A stretch of 64,000 bases of DNA. Origin: Bugula neritina. Its lineage: Eukaryota > Animalia > Bryozoa. A model generated the notes under the pieces. That model searched no databases. It had not been told where the DNA came from and saw only the letters and a list, made by a program, of their open reading frames with translations. Positions 40,175-60,134 of this stretch are shown here, one piece after another (position 1 is the first letter of the stretch; each line of letters begins with the position of its first letter). Where the stretch lies: contig OZ037769.1 of the NCBI GenBank assembly GCA_964035545.1, positions 16,956,633 to 17,020,632 on the forward strand, read 5' to 3'. The position numbers were made by a program, and so were the translations under genes.

Positions 40175-41871
40175 CTATTCGCCCATGGTGGCCATCGCAT
40201 CAGCTATGTGTGACTGTACGGTTTGCGTGAGTACAGTGTGCACATCCCTACACCCCTTCATCCCCATCTCTATTACCTTCGGTACGTGATCTTCATGTAG
40301 TCTGCCATTGATCTGTAGGAACACAATCTGCTCTGTCTTGGGTAATATTGCCATCACAATCTACAGAGATCAAGGTAGCTGATTGATTGGTTAATAGCAT
40401 AATATATATTAGTATACTATTGATTGGTCAATTAATAGAGAGTATGCTATTGTGTAGCTTCTGGAATAGGAACGTATGCCAGTGACTACCTAATAAGTAC
40501 GGCTGAGGAACCTGTATTGGGCCAATAAGAAGCCAGCCTACGCTGACTGAAGGGGTAATATGGCATCTTTAGTCTGGTCTTCGGCAATACATTATCTGGT
40601 TGATGATGATTAAACACCTACTCATAGCAACAGTCTCGAGAGATAAAATATACAGAAGGGACGGCCTACCTCGGTGCCAGCGTGCGTCTCCTCCAAGTGG
40701 TTGATGTCAACGACAGCAGTTTCCTTCATAAAGCTGGCGGAGCAGGCACACACGATGTCTTTCATGGGGATACCGGCATCAATAAGAGCCAGAGTGGCAG
40801 CATTGATTGACGCACAGTAGTTACCCCCGTCTGACTGCAACACCTGTAGCATGTAACAATGTAGAGAATAGAATACACACATGTACTGCCACAACACTAG
40901 TACCACAACAGAGACACTATGTACTGTAACAATAATGTCCCTATTTGGGTATGCTGCGTAGTATAATACCATAACTGTAATACCGCTACAGTACTGAAGC
41001 TATGTTATAACCACAATGTAAAAGCAAGATATAAATAAGTCTACAGCAAAACAATATAGCTACAATAATATTAGTGAGTTAATATTGAATACTGCTTAGT
41101 TTTAAAAAGTGGATCACCTCAACGAATATGTCTATCTGAGATTTGGGGTACAACTGAGTCAAAATGGCCGCTTCAAACGTCTGCTGCATGTGCAAAGTCA
41201 TCTCTATAGACTTACGGTCACCGCGTGGACGCCTTTTCCTCTCTCCTGAAAGCAAGAGTTTAGTCGGATATAAAGTATAACAACACTCAAAAAGCAGATG
41301 CGTCAACAGAATAATTTTAACAAACCTGTGCTGAATGTGGCCATACTGTACTGACAGTTGACTAGTACTCGGTCATGTAGTGCTTTACTCTTAGCTCCAG
41401 TCACCTGAAATTATACAGTAACTTGTATCAAACACAGAAACAAACTTTCTGGTTATTGATTTAATATAAATATTTGGCAGTTTTAACTAATAATTGATAT
41501 CAAAAATGTTTTGAAATACAAGTAGGCCTAACTTCCAAAAATTATCATAAATACCAAACTGAAAACTTGTGTAGCAAGCAATTTACAATCATGTAAGAAA
41601 CATCTGTATGGTTAATTGTAGAGGTCATCTATTTATACCTATATTCTAAATTACAGAATACAAAGCTACAGCTAAACACAGAGAGTTCAGTCCAGCTAAC
41701 CTCATGGGGCCCGTATACAGTTGCCAAGACTTTAGTGTTCCCCTGTTCAATGTAAGCTGAACCGTCGGCCTGAGTGAAGACACCCAGTCGACAGGATAAC
41801 TTCCTGAGTTCAGTCGGTCTTCTGCCGTCCATTCTCAGACCCTGATCAGATAACATTGTCATCCCCGCCAT
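40175..41871 (-). CDS. EXOSC4: Exosome complex component RRP41, 245 aa
   Basis: Exons 41871-41701, 41404-41326, 41245-41118, 40843-40670, 40360-40175; motifs GLR.DGRR..ELR, ADGSAYIEQGNTKVLA.VYGPHE, SQIDIFVEVLQ.DGG, INAATLALIDAGIPM. Confidence 0.96.
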
Positions 41872-43168
41872 GTTGATTTCTCTTCTCTGTGAATAGTAAG
41901 AACAGACTAAAGTATTACATTTTTGTATGATAGAACTATTTGTATTTTTATTAGAAAAGCATGATACATATGTATAAAGTAAATTTCATATTATAAAAAA
42001 CTACATGAATTGGCAACTTTTCTTACATCCAGCAGTACTACTACTAGTAGCAGTACTAGTTCTACATAACGTTCACTAAACTCTGATTTCACTTTAAATT
42101 TGAGCATCCTAATCTGTAGCCATAACCATAATATTAATAACAATCACAATAAGTAATACTAATAATAATTTTAGTATGAGTATCAGATTCCTTCTCAGTA
42201 TCAGTATCACTACCAGGATGACACTACGAGTATCAGTATGAGTAGGGCTATCATGATCATCATCATGGTTATCATTATTAATATTATTATTATAATGATT
42301 GTCATTGTGCCTATGATACTGACAATCATAATGATAATCTAATAGTAATAATTATTTACATTGATGAAAAAATTCATATCGATTATCATCACCATTATGA
42401 CTCTCAGTATCAGACTCAGTAGCAGACTAATCACTAAATCTAATAAGCAATAATAATCATAATCAGTATGAGCATCACTTAATTACTGTTAACTTGATGA
42501 GGATCAATAAATCATAGTGATCATCGTAATAATAATCATTATGATTATGCTATTGATTATCCTGATTTGTTATATTTATAATCATAATGATTAAATTAAA
42601 ATTTGTTACCGCTCCGAAAATCATAAATACTAAGTACTGAGATTCAGAGTGAATACCTGTACTGGGCAGTGGATACATCATACAACACGAAAATCATGCA
42701 AATAATCATAATGAAATATCAGTTCAGCTTCGTAATCGTTTACATGAATTGTAATTTAAAAAACAGTTATTGAATGATTATGATAATAATACTTTTACCG
42801 TTTACGTGACAGAGTATTGGTTGAAAGTTGAAACTGTGCTTCAACTATTATAAAGCTCACTAACGCTTAATACCACTACAATGTTGAAGTGACTTTCATA
42901 AAATCTATACGAAAAATAAATAAATCACGCCGACTTTCATAAGCTTTTACCTTGGCCTTGTCTTGGCCCTAAGAGTCATGGAATTTCCAGCATGATTATA
43001 ATCTATAATAACTATTTTTTGACCTTCTAAACTCTGATAAATGTAAATAAATTATTTATAAATTTTTTATAAATTAAAAAAAACAATTTTTAAAGTAATA
43101 ATTATAAAAACATAACTAAAATTTGAAAAAAGCTTTTTTTTAAAGACTCACGTCACATTACCATCAAA

Positions 43169-49355
<6,187 letters not shown>

Positions 49356-51937
49356 GAGTTATAACCCCTCACAAATATACTTTGTTTCAGCATATAATTC
49401 TATCCACTTATTCAGGTAAACTGATGGAATTTAGTTATAGATTTGTATGAATCAAAATGGTCTATCAAAAACAGAGCAACACTATAATATATTTATACAG
49501 TTTGGTGCTGGTGATTCAGCATATTGGTGGTTCCTTTTGTGAACATCAAACTTTTTTTACATTTTATTGTTTTTGGTATTTTGAACTTGTCATGTATTTT
49601 TATGAACTCAATAACATGAATAATGAAATTTCTCACCATTTTTATCTATTTACTGCATACCACCCTGATTTGTATGTTGCAATATAAGTAATGGGGAACA
49701 TGGTATAGGACAGCCCACCACAAGACCAACCCCGCCCACCACAGTATAACCCAGCCACACCCACCACCTTTCCTGCTTTCCAAAGCTACTAATAGTTGTT
49801 AACCTACAGTTATAATAACATACAATAATGAGTCAGATAAATAGTATATCAAGACATGCCCAGGGTAGAGTAATACGCCAGGATTTCATGAGTGGGAAAA
49901 TTAATTCAAACTGCAGATATATGCTGCAGTTAATCACAACTTACAGTTAGTGCATGCAAATGTCAATGTTGAAAATTCAGTTTTTACTGAAACCTGCATG
50001 TAATGTAGCTTCTAATTAGGATTATTATCAAGTTGGGGTTATTTTAAATATAAATGGATTAGAGTTATAAATACATCATATACTAGCTGCCCTCTACTAA
50101 GCAGAAAAGTGTCCAGTGAGAATATTGCATTGAATACAGCATTTACATGAAAGTATATTACGATAAAGTTGTTTAAGAAGCTTATTATTGGCTGCTGAAA
50201 CCTTTCAATTTACATAAAACTATATAACTGGTGTTCATGTCAAATTGGTAAATAGTAATTTATATAATTATCTGGGCGTGTCAGTTACTTATATTTCTAA
50301 ACACTCTCTATAATTTGTTATTTCAAGTAGAGTAATACGAATAAAAGACAATACAAATAAAACTCTTGGCACCACTTCACGCTGTGAATAGTCTGGACAT
50401 GGAGATAAGTAAATAAACACTTGGGATTGACTGGTGCAGAAAGTATAATACACTGATTGCAGTTTGAGTTTCACTCTATACTGATAGTCTGCATTTCATC
50501 CAATTACATGAGACGCTGAAGGTATAGCAGTACCAAGTGATGCAGAAAGGGGTGTGGTAATGTTAAATAGGGGGTTACTGTAAAGCTGTCCCTACCAATT
50601 ACCCACATGAAAGGTTGATATAATCATGGCACAATCTACTAGGCTATACACAAGGTATGGTTACATGTGCCTAAATTATTTCAGTAATTTGTAAAAAATT
50701 GGCTGCACAGGATATCTACGAGTATGTTGAATTCACACAGCACATGTGTATATGAAGTGTTTTAGCCACTTGTGACGTTTGCGTGAAAACTATTTACTAT
50801 GGCCACCAGGTTTTTCTAATAACTAGAAACTAGATAATTCTGTCCTGCTAGTGCTGTATGCACATTATACAACAATATTTTATAATACTAGTATTTGATG
50901 GGTTATTTAATCTGCATTGAATACAATTTTCATTCAAATGACAAATACCAGTTGACAACTCTGGATAGGCATAATATAACAAGCACCTGATGTGTACTGT
51001 CACTCCCAAGCACCTGTAGCACACTTGACAGGCTTGACTTGCTTTAACTTCCCTGTCAGCTTTGGAACATGTGGAACCGTTACAACTCCATTGGAATCTA
51101 GAGTTTCATCCGAAACTGTTGTTTGATTATACTATGTGGAATAACAGCTGTTCACTCAGAAAGGAACTAACACTGGCCAATAGCTAGCAGTTATTTTCTG
51201 ACACCAACCAGTTATAAGTTGAAAATGTAGAACTTAGTGTTGAAAACAAGAAATATTTTAATATTTCAATGTTAAAAATTCAGTCTTGCATACCTTTAAC
51301 ATGTGGATCAGCTCAATCAGTGCAAGCAGATACTGAGAATATTATAATTGTAGTGTGAGTTGAACACAAGAGCTACTGAGGTTATATCTAATGCTAGCTG
51401 GGAAAGCTGAAAGCTATATTTTTAAGGATGTAAAGATAAATGAATAATGAAATATTAACAGCTGTAAAACAAGCATTTGTTTGCTGGTGTGTGGTGGAGA
51501 AATATAATATAATAGCATCCCTTTCTTTGGTAACAAAGAGTATTGTAGTATTGAAAAATTGAAACAAATTTATTAGCTTGAAAGATTAGTTAAAACGTTT
51601 GGTTTACAAATTCTAGAAAAAGAGAAAGAGGACATCTAGTAGAGCCAGTGTCTTCAGCTGAATATAATATGGAAAGTTGATAATAAGAAAATACAATAAA
51701 ACAAAATATTATATAACATATACTTTTTATTATAATATAATCTATACTTTGTATTATATATTATATACTTGGTACTATATATTACATACTTTGTATTATA
51801 AAACAGCCATTAGAATAAAATCACCCTCAAAAACCTGAGAGGTGGGAAATGATGATTGAACTAAATACAAATACCAAAACGTACAGAATATAAAAAAATA
51901 CAATAAAACATCCAAGTTGTATTATGAATTTGATAAA

Positions 51938-52191
51938 TATATTATATTATATTCTATATACTATGTATATAATATATTATATTCTCTTTACTATGTATAT
52001 AATATAATATATTATATTCTATATACTATATATATAATATATTATATTCTATATACTATGCATATAATATATTATATTCTATATACTATGTATATAATAT
52101 ATTATATTCTATATACTATGCATATAATATATTATATTCTATATACTATGTATATATTATATTATATTATATATACTATGTATATAATATA
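51938..52191. repeat. 30-bp AT-rich tandem repeat just 3' of the carboxypeptidase stop
   Basis: atattatattctatatactatgtatataat, about 8 copies. Confidence 0.9.
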
Positions 52192-52212
52192 ACTTATGTG
52201 AATTATATCTCC

Positions 52213-55186
52213 TTAAATATATAAAATGTAGAACATAATTGATAGCCCAAAAACTAGTAGAGTGTTGGTTGAAGAAGGAGGGGTGGCTGAGATGAAGTTC
52301 CCTATTCCAGAGGTAGTTATATTGTAGACACTTGCACTATCTGAACTGGTATCTACGGTAACGGCAGCTACTTCCACATCATCTACACTTACCTGAAGAA
52401 TATGAGAAATTGATAATATATAATATAACATCATATCATACAATATAATATGCTATAATACAATATACACTAAGTATTACAACACCACAGTACATCCTAT
52501 CTGCAGTATATAATAATATCTAACTCAACGAGTACCTTCAACTTGTAAGTTCCAGGTAGCACTATTTTCCAGTATTCCCCGAGGGGAGTTGTCCTCACAG
52601 ACAGTGTGTTGTTTACTTGTATGATGGCATTAGGGACGGGTTTACCGGCCTTATCTGTGACTATTCCTTTAACACCTAGAGTATCAGTAGTACACAGTAT
52701 AGTGTAAGTGGACAGTGCAAGTATATAGTATACAGTGTAAGTATATATTATACAGTGTAAGTATATAGTATACAGTGTAAGTATATAGTATACAGTGTAA
52801 GTATATATTATACAGTGTAAGTATATAGCACAGTGTAAGTATATAGTACAGTGTAAGTATATATTATACAGTGTAAGTATATAGTATACAGTGTAAGTAT
52901 ATAGTATACAGTGTAAGTATATAGTATACAGTGTAAGTATATAGTACAGTGTAAGTATATATTATACAGTGTAAGTATATAGTATACAGTGTAAGTATAT
53001 AGTATACAGTGTAAGTATATAGTATACAGTGTAAGTACACAACACACTTACCCAAGTCCACTTTGCGTAGATACTCTATCATAGCCAGTTTATTGTCAAG
53101 CCAGTACCTCTCAATGTGAGAGTAGGGTGGGTGCTTACAGCACCCTACCTCTAGGGTCAGGTCCATGCAACCTCCTCGCACGTAGTTGTAGTCCTGCATC
53201 GTACCTACACAGTGTGACAGTATAGCAGGTGGTGACAGTATAACAGGTGGTGACAGTATAGCAGGTAGTGACAGTATAACAGGTAGTGACAGTATAGCAG
53301 GTAGTGACAGTATAGCAGGTGGTGACAGTATAGCAGGTAGTGACAGTATAGCAGGTGGTGACAGTATAGCAGGTAGTGACAGTATAGCAGGTGGTGACAG
53401 TATAGCAGGTGGTGACAGTATAGCAGGTAGTGACAGTATAGCAGGTAGTGACAGTATAGCAGGTAGTGACAGTATAGCAGGTGGTGACAGTATAGCAGGT
53501 AGTGACAGTATAGCAGGTGGTGACAGTATAGCAGGTGGTGACAGTATAGCAGGTAGTGACAGTATAGCAGGTAGTGACAGTATAGCAGGTAGTGACAGTA
53601 TAGCAGGTGGTGACAGTATAGCAGGTAGTGACAGTATAGCAGGTGGTGACAGGTGACAGTATAGCAGGTAGTGACAGTATAGCAGGTAGTGACAGTATAG
53701 CAGGTAGTGACAGTATAGCAGGTAGTGACAAGTGACAGTATAGCAGGTGGTGACAGTATAGCAGGTGGTGACAGTATAGCAGGTGGTGACAGTATAGCAG
53801 GTGGTGACAGTATAGCAGGTGGTGACAGTATAGCAGGTAGTGACAGTATAGCAGGTAGTGACAGTATAGCAGGTGGTGACAGTATAGCAGATGGTGACAG
53901 TATAGCAGGTAGTGACAGTATAGCAGGTAGTGACAGTATAGCAGGTAGTGACAAGTGACAGTATAGCAGGTGGTGACAGTATAGCAGGTGGTGACAGTAT
54001 AACAGGTGGTGACAGTATAGCAGGTGGTGACAGTATAGCAGGTGGTGACAGTATAGCAGGTGGTGACAGGTGTATAAAGTAGCTGAAATTGAATAAACGA
54101 GTAAGCTCTCACCTAAGGCCACATACCATTCGGCCCCGTTAGTGATTCCATCTGGGAAAGTTCTGCAGATGGAACTGTTGGTCATGTCGCGGTGGTTGTA
54201 GGAATACGCTTTGGCTAAATATTGGAATGTGGCGTCATCTGGACAAATTGATGGAGCACCATAGCTCATCCAGGCTGTAACAGCAGCATGTCTTTCTCAC
54301 GTCACTCAACCACTTGCGTCATGTCACTCAACTATTTGTGTCATGTGACACAACTACTTGCGTCACGTGACACAAATACTTGCGTCACGTCACACAACTA
54401 GTTGTGTCACATAACACAATATAATATAGACTTACACTGAGGTTCAGAATTGCTGTCATATGGATAGTTGGCGACTAAAGCACCCCCGTGAAAACCCGCC
54501 GACAGCACAAACTGTGTAGAATCTATCCAATCAGCTACAGCGCCTGATTCGGGTTGCATCATCTCCCGTGTTTGGTAAGTAGGGTTGAAGTAGTCCGGGA
54601 AGTCTCTGTTTAAGTCGACTTGAGCCATGTTGTATCTAAAGAGTACACACTGTAGTAGTTACTGTACACACTGTAGCATTCACTGTACACACTGTAGCAG
54701 TTACTGTACACACTGTAGTAGTTACTGTACACACTGTAGTAGTTACTGTACACACTGTAGTAGTTACTGTACACACTGTAGTAGTTACTGTACACACTGT
54801 AGCAGTTACTGTACACACTGTAGCAGTTACTGTACACACTGTAGCAGTCACTGTACACACTGTAGCAGTTACTGTACACACTGTAGTAGTTACTGTACAC
54901 ACTGTAGTAGTTACTGTACACACTGTAGCAGTTACTGTACACACTGTAGTAGTCACTGTACACACTGTAGCAGTTACCTGCCATAAACTCCCGAGCAGTT
55001 CCATTCAGTGGTGATGCCGTAGCCGTCTGGATTCATAGTGGGCATCACGTGTACCCTGGTAGTGTCCATCAGGTGTGTTATAGAGTCGTCTTCTCCATAC
55101 TGAGTCAATAGGAGATCTATAAACCTGATCAACAGCTCCCTTGATGTGGCCTGTAACACCGGTACTAGTAGTAGTAGTAGTAGTAA

Positions 55187-55230
<44 letters not shown>

Positions 55231-56301
55231 CTAGTAGTAGTAGTAGTAGCAGTAGTAGTAGTAGTAGCAGTAGCAGTAGCAGTAGTAGCAGTAGCAGTAG
55301 CAGTAGCAGTAGCAGTAGTAGTAGTAGCAGTAGTAGTAGTAGCAGTAGTAGTAGTAGTAGTAGCAGCAGTAGCAGTAGCAGTAGTAGTAGTAGCAGTAGT
55401 AGTAGTAGTAGTAGTAGCAGTAGTAGTAGTAGTACTAGTAGTGGTACTAGTGGTAGTAGTAGTAGTACTAGTAGTGGTACTAGTGGTAGTAGTAGTAGTA
55501 GTAGCAGTAGCAGTAGCAGTAGTAGTAGCAGTAGTAGTAGTATTAGTAGTAGTACTAATAGTAGTACTAGTAGTAGTAGTAGCAGTACTAGAACTAGTAC
55601 TAGTAGCAGCAGCAGTACTAGTACTAGCAGTAGTACTAGTATTACTAGTAGTAGTATTAGTGTTAGTAGTACTAGTACTAGTATTAATATTGGTAGTGGT
55701 AATAGTAATAATGCTAATAGTAATACTATTACTATGACTATTACTATCAGAACTAAAAACAGTACTAGTGCTACTAGTTGGAGTCCTACTAACAAACTAA
55801 CAGTAATACTAGTAGTACAAAATCAGCTAACACAGATTGTTATGAAGGAATATTCATACTGAAAGAGTTACTTATAACAGACAGACATAAACTCACCTCG
55901 TTGCCGTGTATATTCCCGACATATTTAGTCTCGGGCCTAAGCAGCACATGCTTATCAGGACTGTGGGAGCTGACAGCCATCACCCACAAATCCTTCCCTA
56001 AACAGTTAGAACATGGGCTATTTAAACTTGATTTCACAAAATACATGGTCTTTTAGTATACGAAAGGAGTGAGACAAAATAAACTAGATCCAGGCGCTAG
56101 GACTTTCAATTTCTTGGATTATTTGAATATTTTCTAATAACCTTCAATAGATTTCCCTATGGAATATATGTGCGTCATGTTGGGATAACTCCTATGAGTG
56201 GCCTCCAAGAACTCGTACATCTCATCATGACTCAGATAGTCCGTGAAGTTATGGAAGGCTTGGCATGTTGCCAGCAATGATATGAACCAACCAATCAGCA
56301 T
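52213..56301 (-). CDS. M14B (N/E-type) metallocarboxypeptidase, CPM-like, signal peptide and probable GPI signal, ~422 aa
   Basis: Exons 56301-56142, 55997-55897, 55150-54978, 54635-54436, 54274-54113, 53204-53052, 52675-52536, 52392-52213; KYVGNIHGNE, MNPDG, DLNRDFPD, HGGALVANYPYD, GITNGA.WY, MQDYNY, TLE.GCCK, transthyretin-like GVKG.V..GEYW...PG.Y, hydrophobic tail. Confidence 0.92.
52700..53038. repeat. 22-bp intronic repeat (sense strand ATACTTACACTGTATACTAT..)
   Basis: Fills carboxypeptidase intron 52676-53051. Confidence 0.95.
53214..54072. repeat. 18-bp intronic minisatellite (GTGACAGTATAGCAGGT(A/G))
   Basis: About 47 copies in intron 53205-54112. Confidence 0.97.
54298..54418. repeat. 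Degenerate 22-bp intronic repeat
   Basis: gtcacgtgacacaactacttgc-like units in intron 54275-54435. Confidence 0.8.
54642..54977 (-). repeat. 21-bp intronic repeat starting at the donor GT
   Basis: Sense unit gtaact(g/a)ctacagtgtgtaca x16 in intron 54636-54977. Confidence 0.95.
55162..55720. repeat. (TAG/CAG)n microsatellite in carboxypeptidase intron
   Basis: Visible; source of poly-L/V/S ORFs. Confidence 0.97.
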
Positions 56302-58606
56302 TTCCGATTTCCTATAACGCAGAAGTGAATACTAAGAGAAGACAACTTTATAACACTGAATAAGAAATATATATCTACAGTATATACCTACATGTTATAC
56401 CTATAGTTTTATTATTTTACAGGTTATACAAGTTATCAACCTACATAAATCAAATAATAATTTAGAATTGTGAACAAACTTTGTTTTTAAAATTTGCCTG
56501 AAACCTACCTACACTACGGTAATTACTACCTTTCAAATGTAGCAGTTATCTCCTCTGTGAGTGATAGGAGACATACTAAATAGTAATTATACGAAGAGCT
56601 AATTACGAGGATATGACCTTCACACACTACTAATATTCTCAACAGATGAGACAACTCTTCAAGTCTACTCGATTTTATTGCATCTTCTTAGCCTTTCTTC
56701 TCTGCACTTTGTATATTAGATGATATTTATATTTGACCTTCACATTTACTCAGCATTCTTTCTGTTGCAAAAAAATAGTTTAAGATTTGGAGCACCTGCT
56801 TTCGCCTGTCAAACTATTCCACCGGCACTTGATGGGGAAACAAACAAGGCAGTGGAAAGATACTTAGTGCAGTGTCTAGACAGACTGAGGTGGTGTGGAG
56901 GTGAAGTGTTGCTTTTGTTTAAAATGTATTTAGTATTTCGCAAACACATTTATTCTGAGGTGATGACTAACTGATGAGAAAATAGTGGGGCACAGGTGCT
57001 GCTGGTACTGTGACCTTTCACAATGCTGCCAGGATACAATGCTGCCGCAAATGGCTAGTCTATTCAGGATTTCTTTCTACTAGTTTGACAGCAAATATTA
57101 CTGAAACAATAACCTTGCAAAACTGCAAACTATATGAATAAGTATAATAAATACTAGTTTCAAGTTGTCAATGCATTAGGAATTGCTCTCTCCTGATTGG
57201 ACAGTAACCTGACAAGCACCATGCTCCAGCTGTCACATAGCTTAGCTCTGATTGACAGTTGCAAGTCATTTTAAGTTCAGATTGAGCAGAAAAATGCTGT
57301 AACTTTACCTGAAGCAGGTGGCAATCTTGATATCAATTTCATTACATTTAAATTAAGTTGAAGTTTTAATTTATATTAAGAATATTTATCTAGGTAATGA
57401 TGTCAATCACGTGACTTGGTATGCATGGAGACATGAGAGTCAATCAGCTGATGGAGCACGCTCAGTGCTTGCAGGTGCCCCAATAGCCCCAGCCATGAGA
57501 GCAGATTAGCAGGCATCATGATTACGTAATAGGTATGTCCATGTTAGTAGTGAAGAATGAACTAACATGTGAACTATTGCTGTACATAGATGTAGTAGAA
57601 TATTATTATATAATTAATTGCAATGCCCACACCCCAACAGCACCTGGAGAAATTAAATGGATGCTGACAAAGTGAAACTGTACAACTAATTCCAACATAT
57701 TGGAAAATATGCACTAGTATCGTAGGGAGAGGTCCAAACCCCCTTCTGTCTACACCCCTGAGCAGAGCTAAAGTACCCTTCTGTCTACACCCCTGAGCAG
57801 AGCTACCAACTGAAGTGGTGGAGGGGTGAAACTTTAGTTTATGGAATTTCAAAAATGCTGACTTTTTCATTGTCACTGCTGACGAGGATAGAAGGCAGCA
57901 GCTGTGTGACAGCTTCACTAAGAGGGCTGAGGCTATGATACTGTAAGAATTTAGGGCTATTTCAGAGGAAATGGTGTGTATGGTGGTATAAGAACACAGA
58001 TGTGACAGCTTACAAGACTCTAAGCTGAAGGTAATGAGTTTGTATGAGGATGTAGCTACATGTTTGCATAGACTCTGCAGTAGTTTATATGCTGTAATGT
58101 AATACTTGCTGATATTATATAACTTAATATTATATACACTGTATTATATATTATATTATACTAATACAGTAATATAATACGATGCACTAATAAAATATAT
58201 CATATAATATGAACATATTTACTGACTTAAAATATAACATACCACTTCTATATAAATACATTGATATAAAAAGATATTTTATAGGCAGAGTTTTAAAATT
58301 TAGTTGAAACTGTTCAAGTCCAAAACAACCAACACTACTGGATGTGGTTAAGTTACTGTATACTATAGCAGTGCAGTGCTATAGTATAAAGGAGTGTATA
58401 GTATGAAGGGGGCACAGGAGAGGAGGTAAAGGAGGGGGTTTGGAGGGGAGATTACAACTAGAGGTAGTGTGTGAAGATACACTAAGCAATGAACTACCCA
58501 CTGAACATGTCAACTAAGCAACTTTCTGAATTCAATTAGCTACTTGTACCCAACTACTGCGTAATATTAGATAATGTAATGGATATTCAGTTTAGTGATA
58601 ATCAAA

Positions 58607-58705
58607 GCAGGGTGCTACAAATACCTTACACGCAGGTAAACTGTTACCTTACACGCAGGTAAGCTGCTACCTTAGACGCAGGTAAACTGCTACCTTACAG
58701 GTAAA
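58607..58705. repeat. 23-bp tandem repeat (gcaggtaaactgctaccttacac)
   Basis: About 4 copies. Confidence 0.8.
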
Positions 58706-59974
58706 GTGGTACAGAGTGGCACTAGGGTTATCAATTAGTCCACTAATAAGGCTATATAATACATCTGAAGGACTGAATGAGTGGCTGGAGTGACAGTTAC
58801 CAACAACTAGCATATGGAGAGAGCATAATTAATAGGAGTTGTGTGCTCCATGAGATATAGTAACATTATTTCAGCTGCGGATGAAAATGATGCACCTATA
58901 TTTGTAATACTAAATTCTAGCAAACACTTTTAAACTGTGAAGTGATATAGTAATATAATATAATCTGATGCATAGTATCGGTATGAAATAATATAATGCA
59001 TTATATTTGTATATTTGTCTATAACCGCAATACAATACAATTTAGTATAATATAAAAAGATAGTATAATAATAATATAAAATATATAATATCATAACGTA
59101 AACATGATATAGTATAATACAATATTATAATATAGTATAATACAATATTAATATAAATATACATAAGCTAATAATACAATACCATAACATGGTATTATAT
59201 AAATTATAACACCATAATGATAACATACTATAGTATAGTAAAAGACCAAGTATTAGTATGTATCACATAGCCATAATACTCCTAGTTTATAGTTCATGTA
59301 TTACTAATAAGAACAGAGGAACATGTCTGCAACATACAATATAATTAAGTTCATCTCACACTTCCTATACACTTACCAGAGTGATGTGGAGAAGCAGCCG
59401 CAGGTAAAAGTTCACACAAGAGAGTGGCACCCTCCCCCCATTTCATTGTATTTATATAGTCTGTAGCTCACACGGGATTGGCTAGTCGGCTAGCAGACCT
59501 GTCATGTGATCGCATCACCCAGACCTGCCAACTAACTGCAAATACACAGTGAATGGTGTAGAATAATGTTGAAGGGAGGGAGTTGAGATTAGATCTCATT
59601 GTATGTCCATGACAACTGGCTCTATACATTGTTAGCTCTTATTCAGTTCTTAAAATCAATTTATTTAAACTACAAAATGGCCTCATGTGTTATAACAAAT
59701 TATTCAACACATTGTCTAATATTAATACATTTCCAGATACGCAATTAGGATCAAATAATACTTTATAGTCTTTGGCCATGATATTATCAGCTCATGAAGT
59801 GTACAAAGATATACAACCCCAAACAACAGCTCATGTTAAGTGCAAGTTACTGCATGAAACTTGATGTTACATAATAGCTGCCCAGTCAAGTGAAAAGGTT
59901 GAATACAAAGGAGTACTGAGTACTTCAAGGTGCCTAGATTCAAAGTGTAAACTAATGTTAGCAAAATATTCAGC

Positions 59975-60134
59975 ATACTAGCTGTGGTAGGTAATATAGT
60001 GACAGCAGTATACTAGCTGTGGTAGGTAATATAGTGGCAGCAGTATACTAGCTGTGGTAGGTAATATAGTGGCAGCAGTACACTAGCTGTGGTAGGTAAT
60101 ATAGTGACAGTAGCATACTAGCTGTGGTAGGTAA
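59975..60134. repeat. 35-bp tandem repeat
   Basis: atactagctgtggtaggtaatatagtg(a/g)cagcagt, about 4.5 copies. Confidence 0.9.

Noticed and set aside
53135-55862. Long repetitive ORFs (VTTCYT, poly-L/V/S, YSVYSN; antifreeze- or mucin-like)
   Set aside because: Open in several frames, lie inside GT-AG introns of the carboxypeptidase and follow the DNA repeat period
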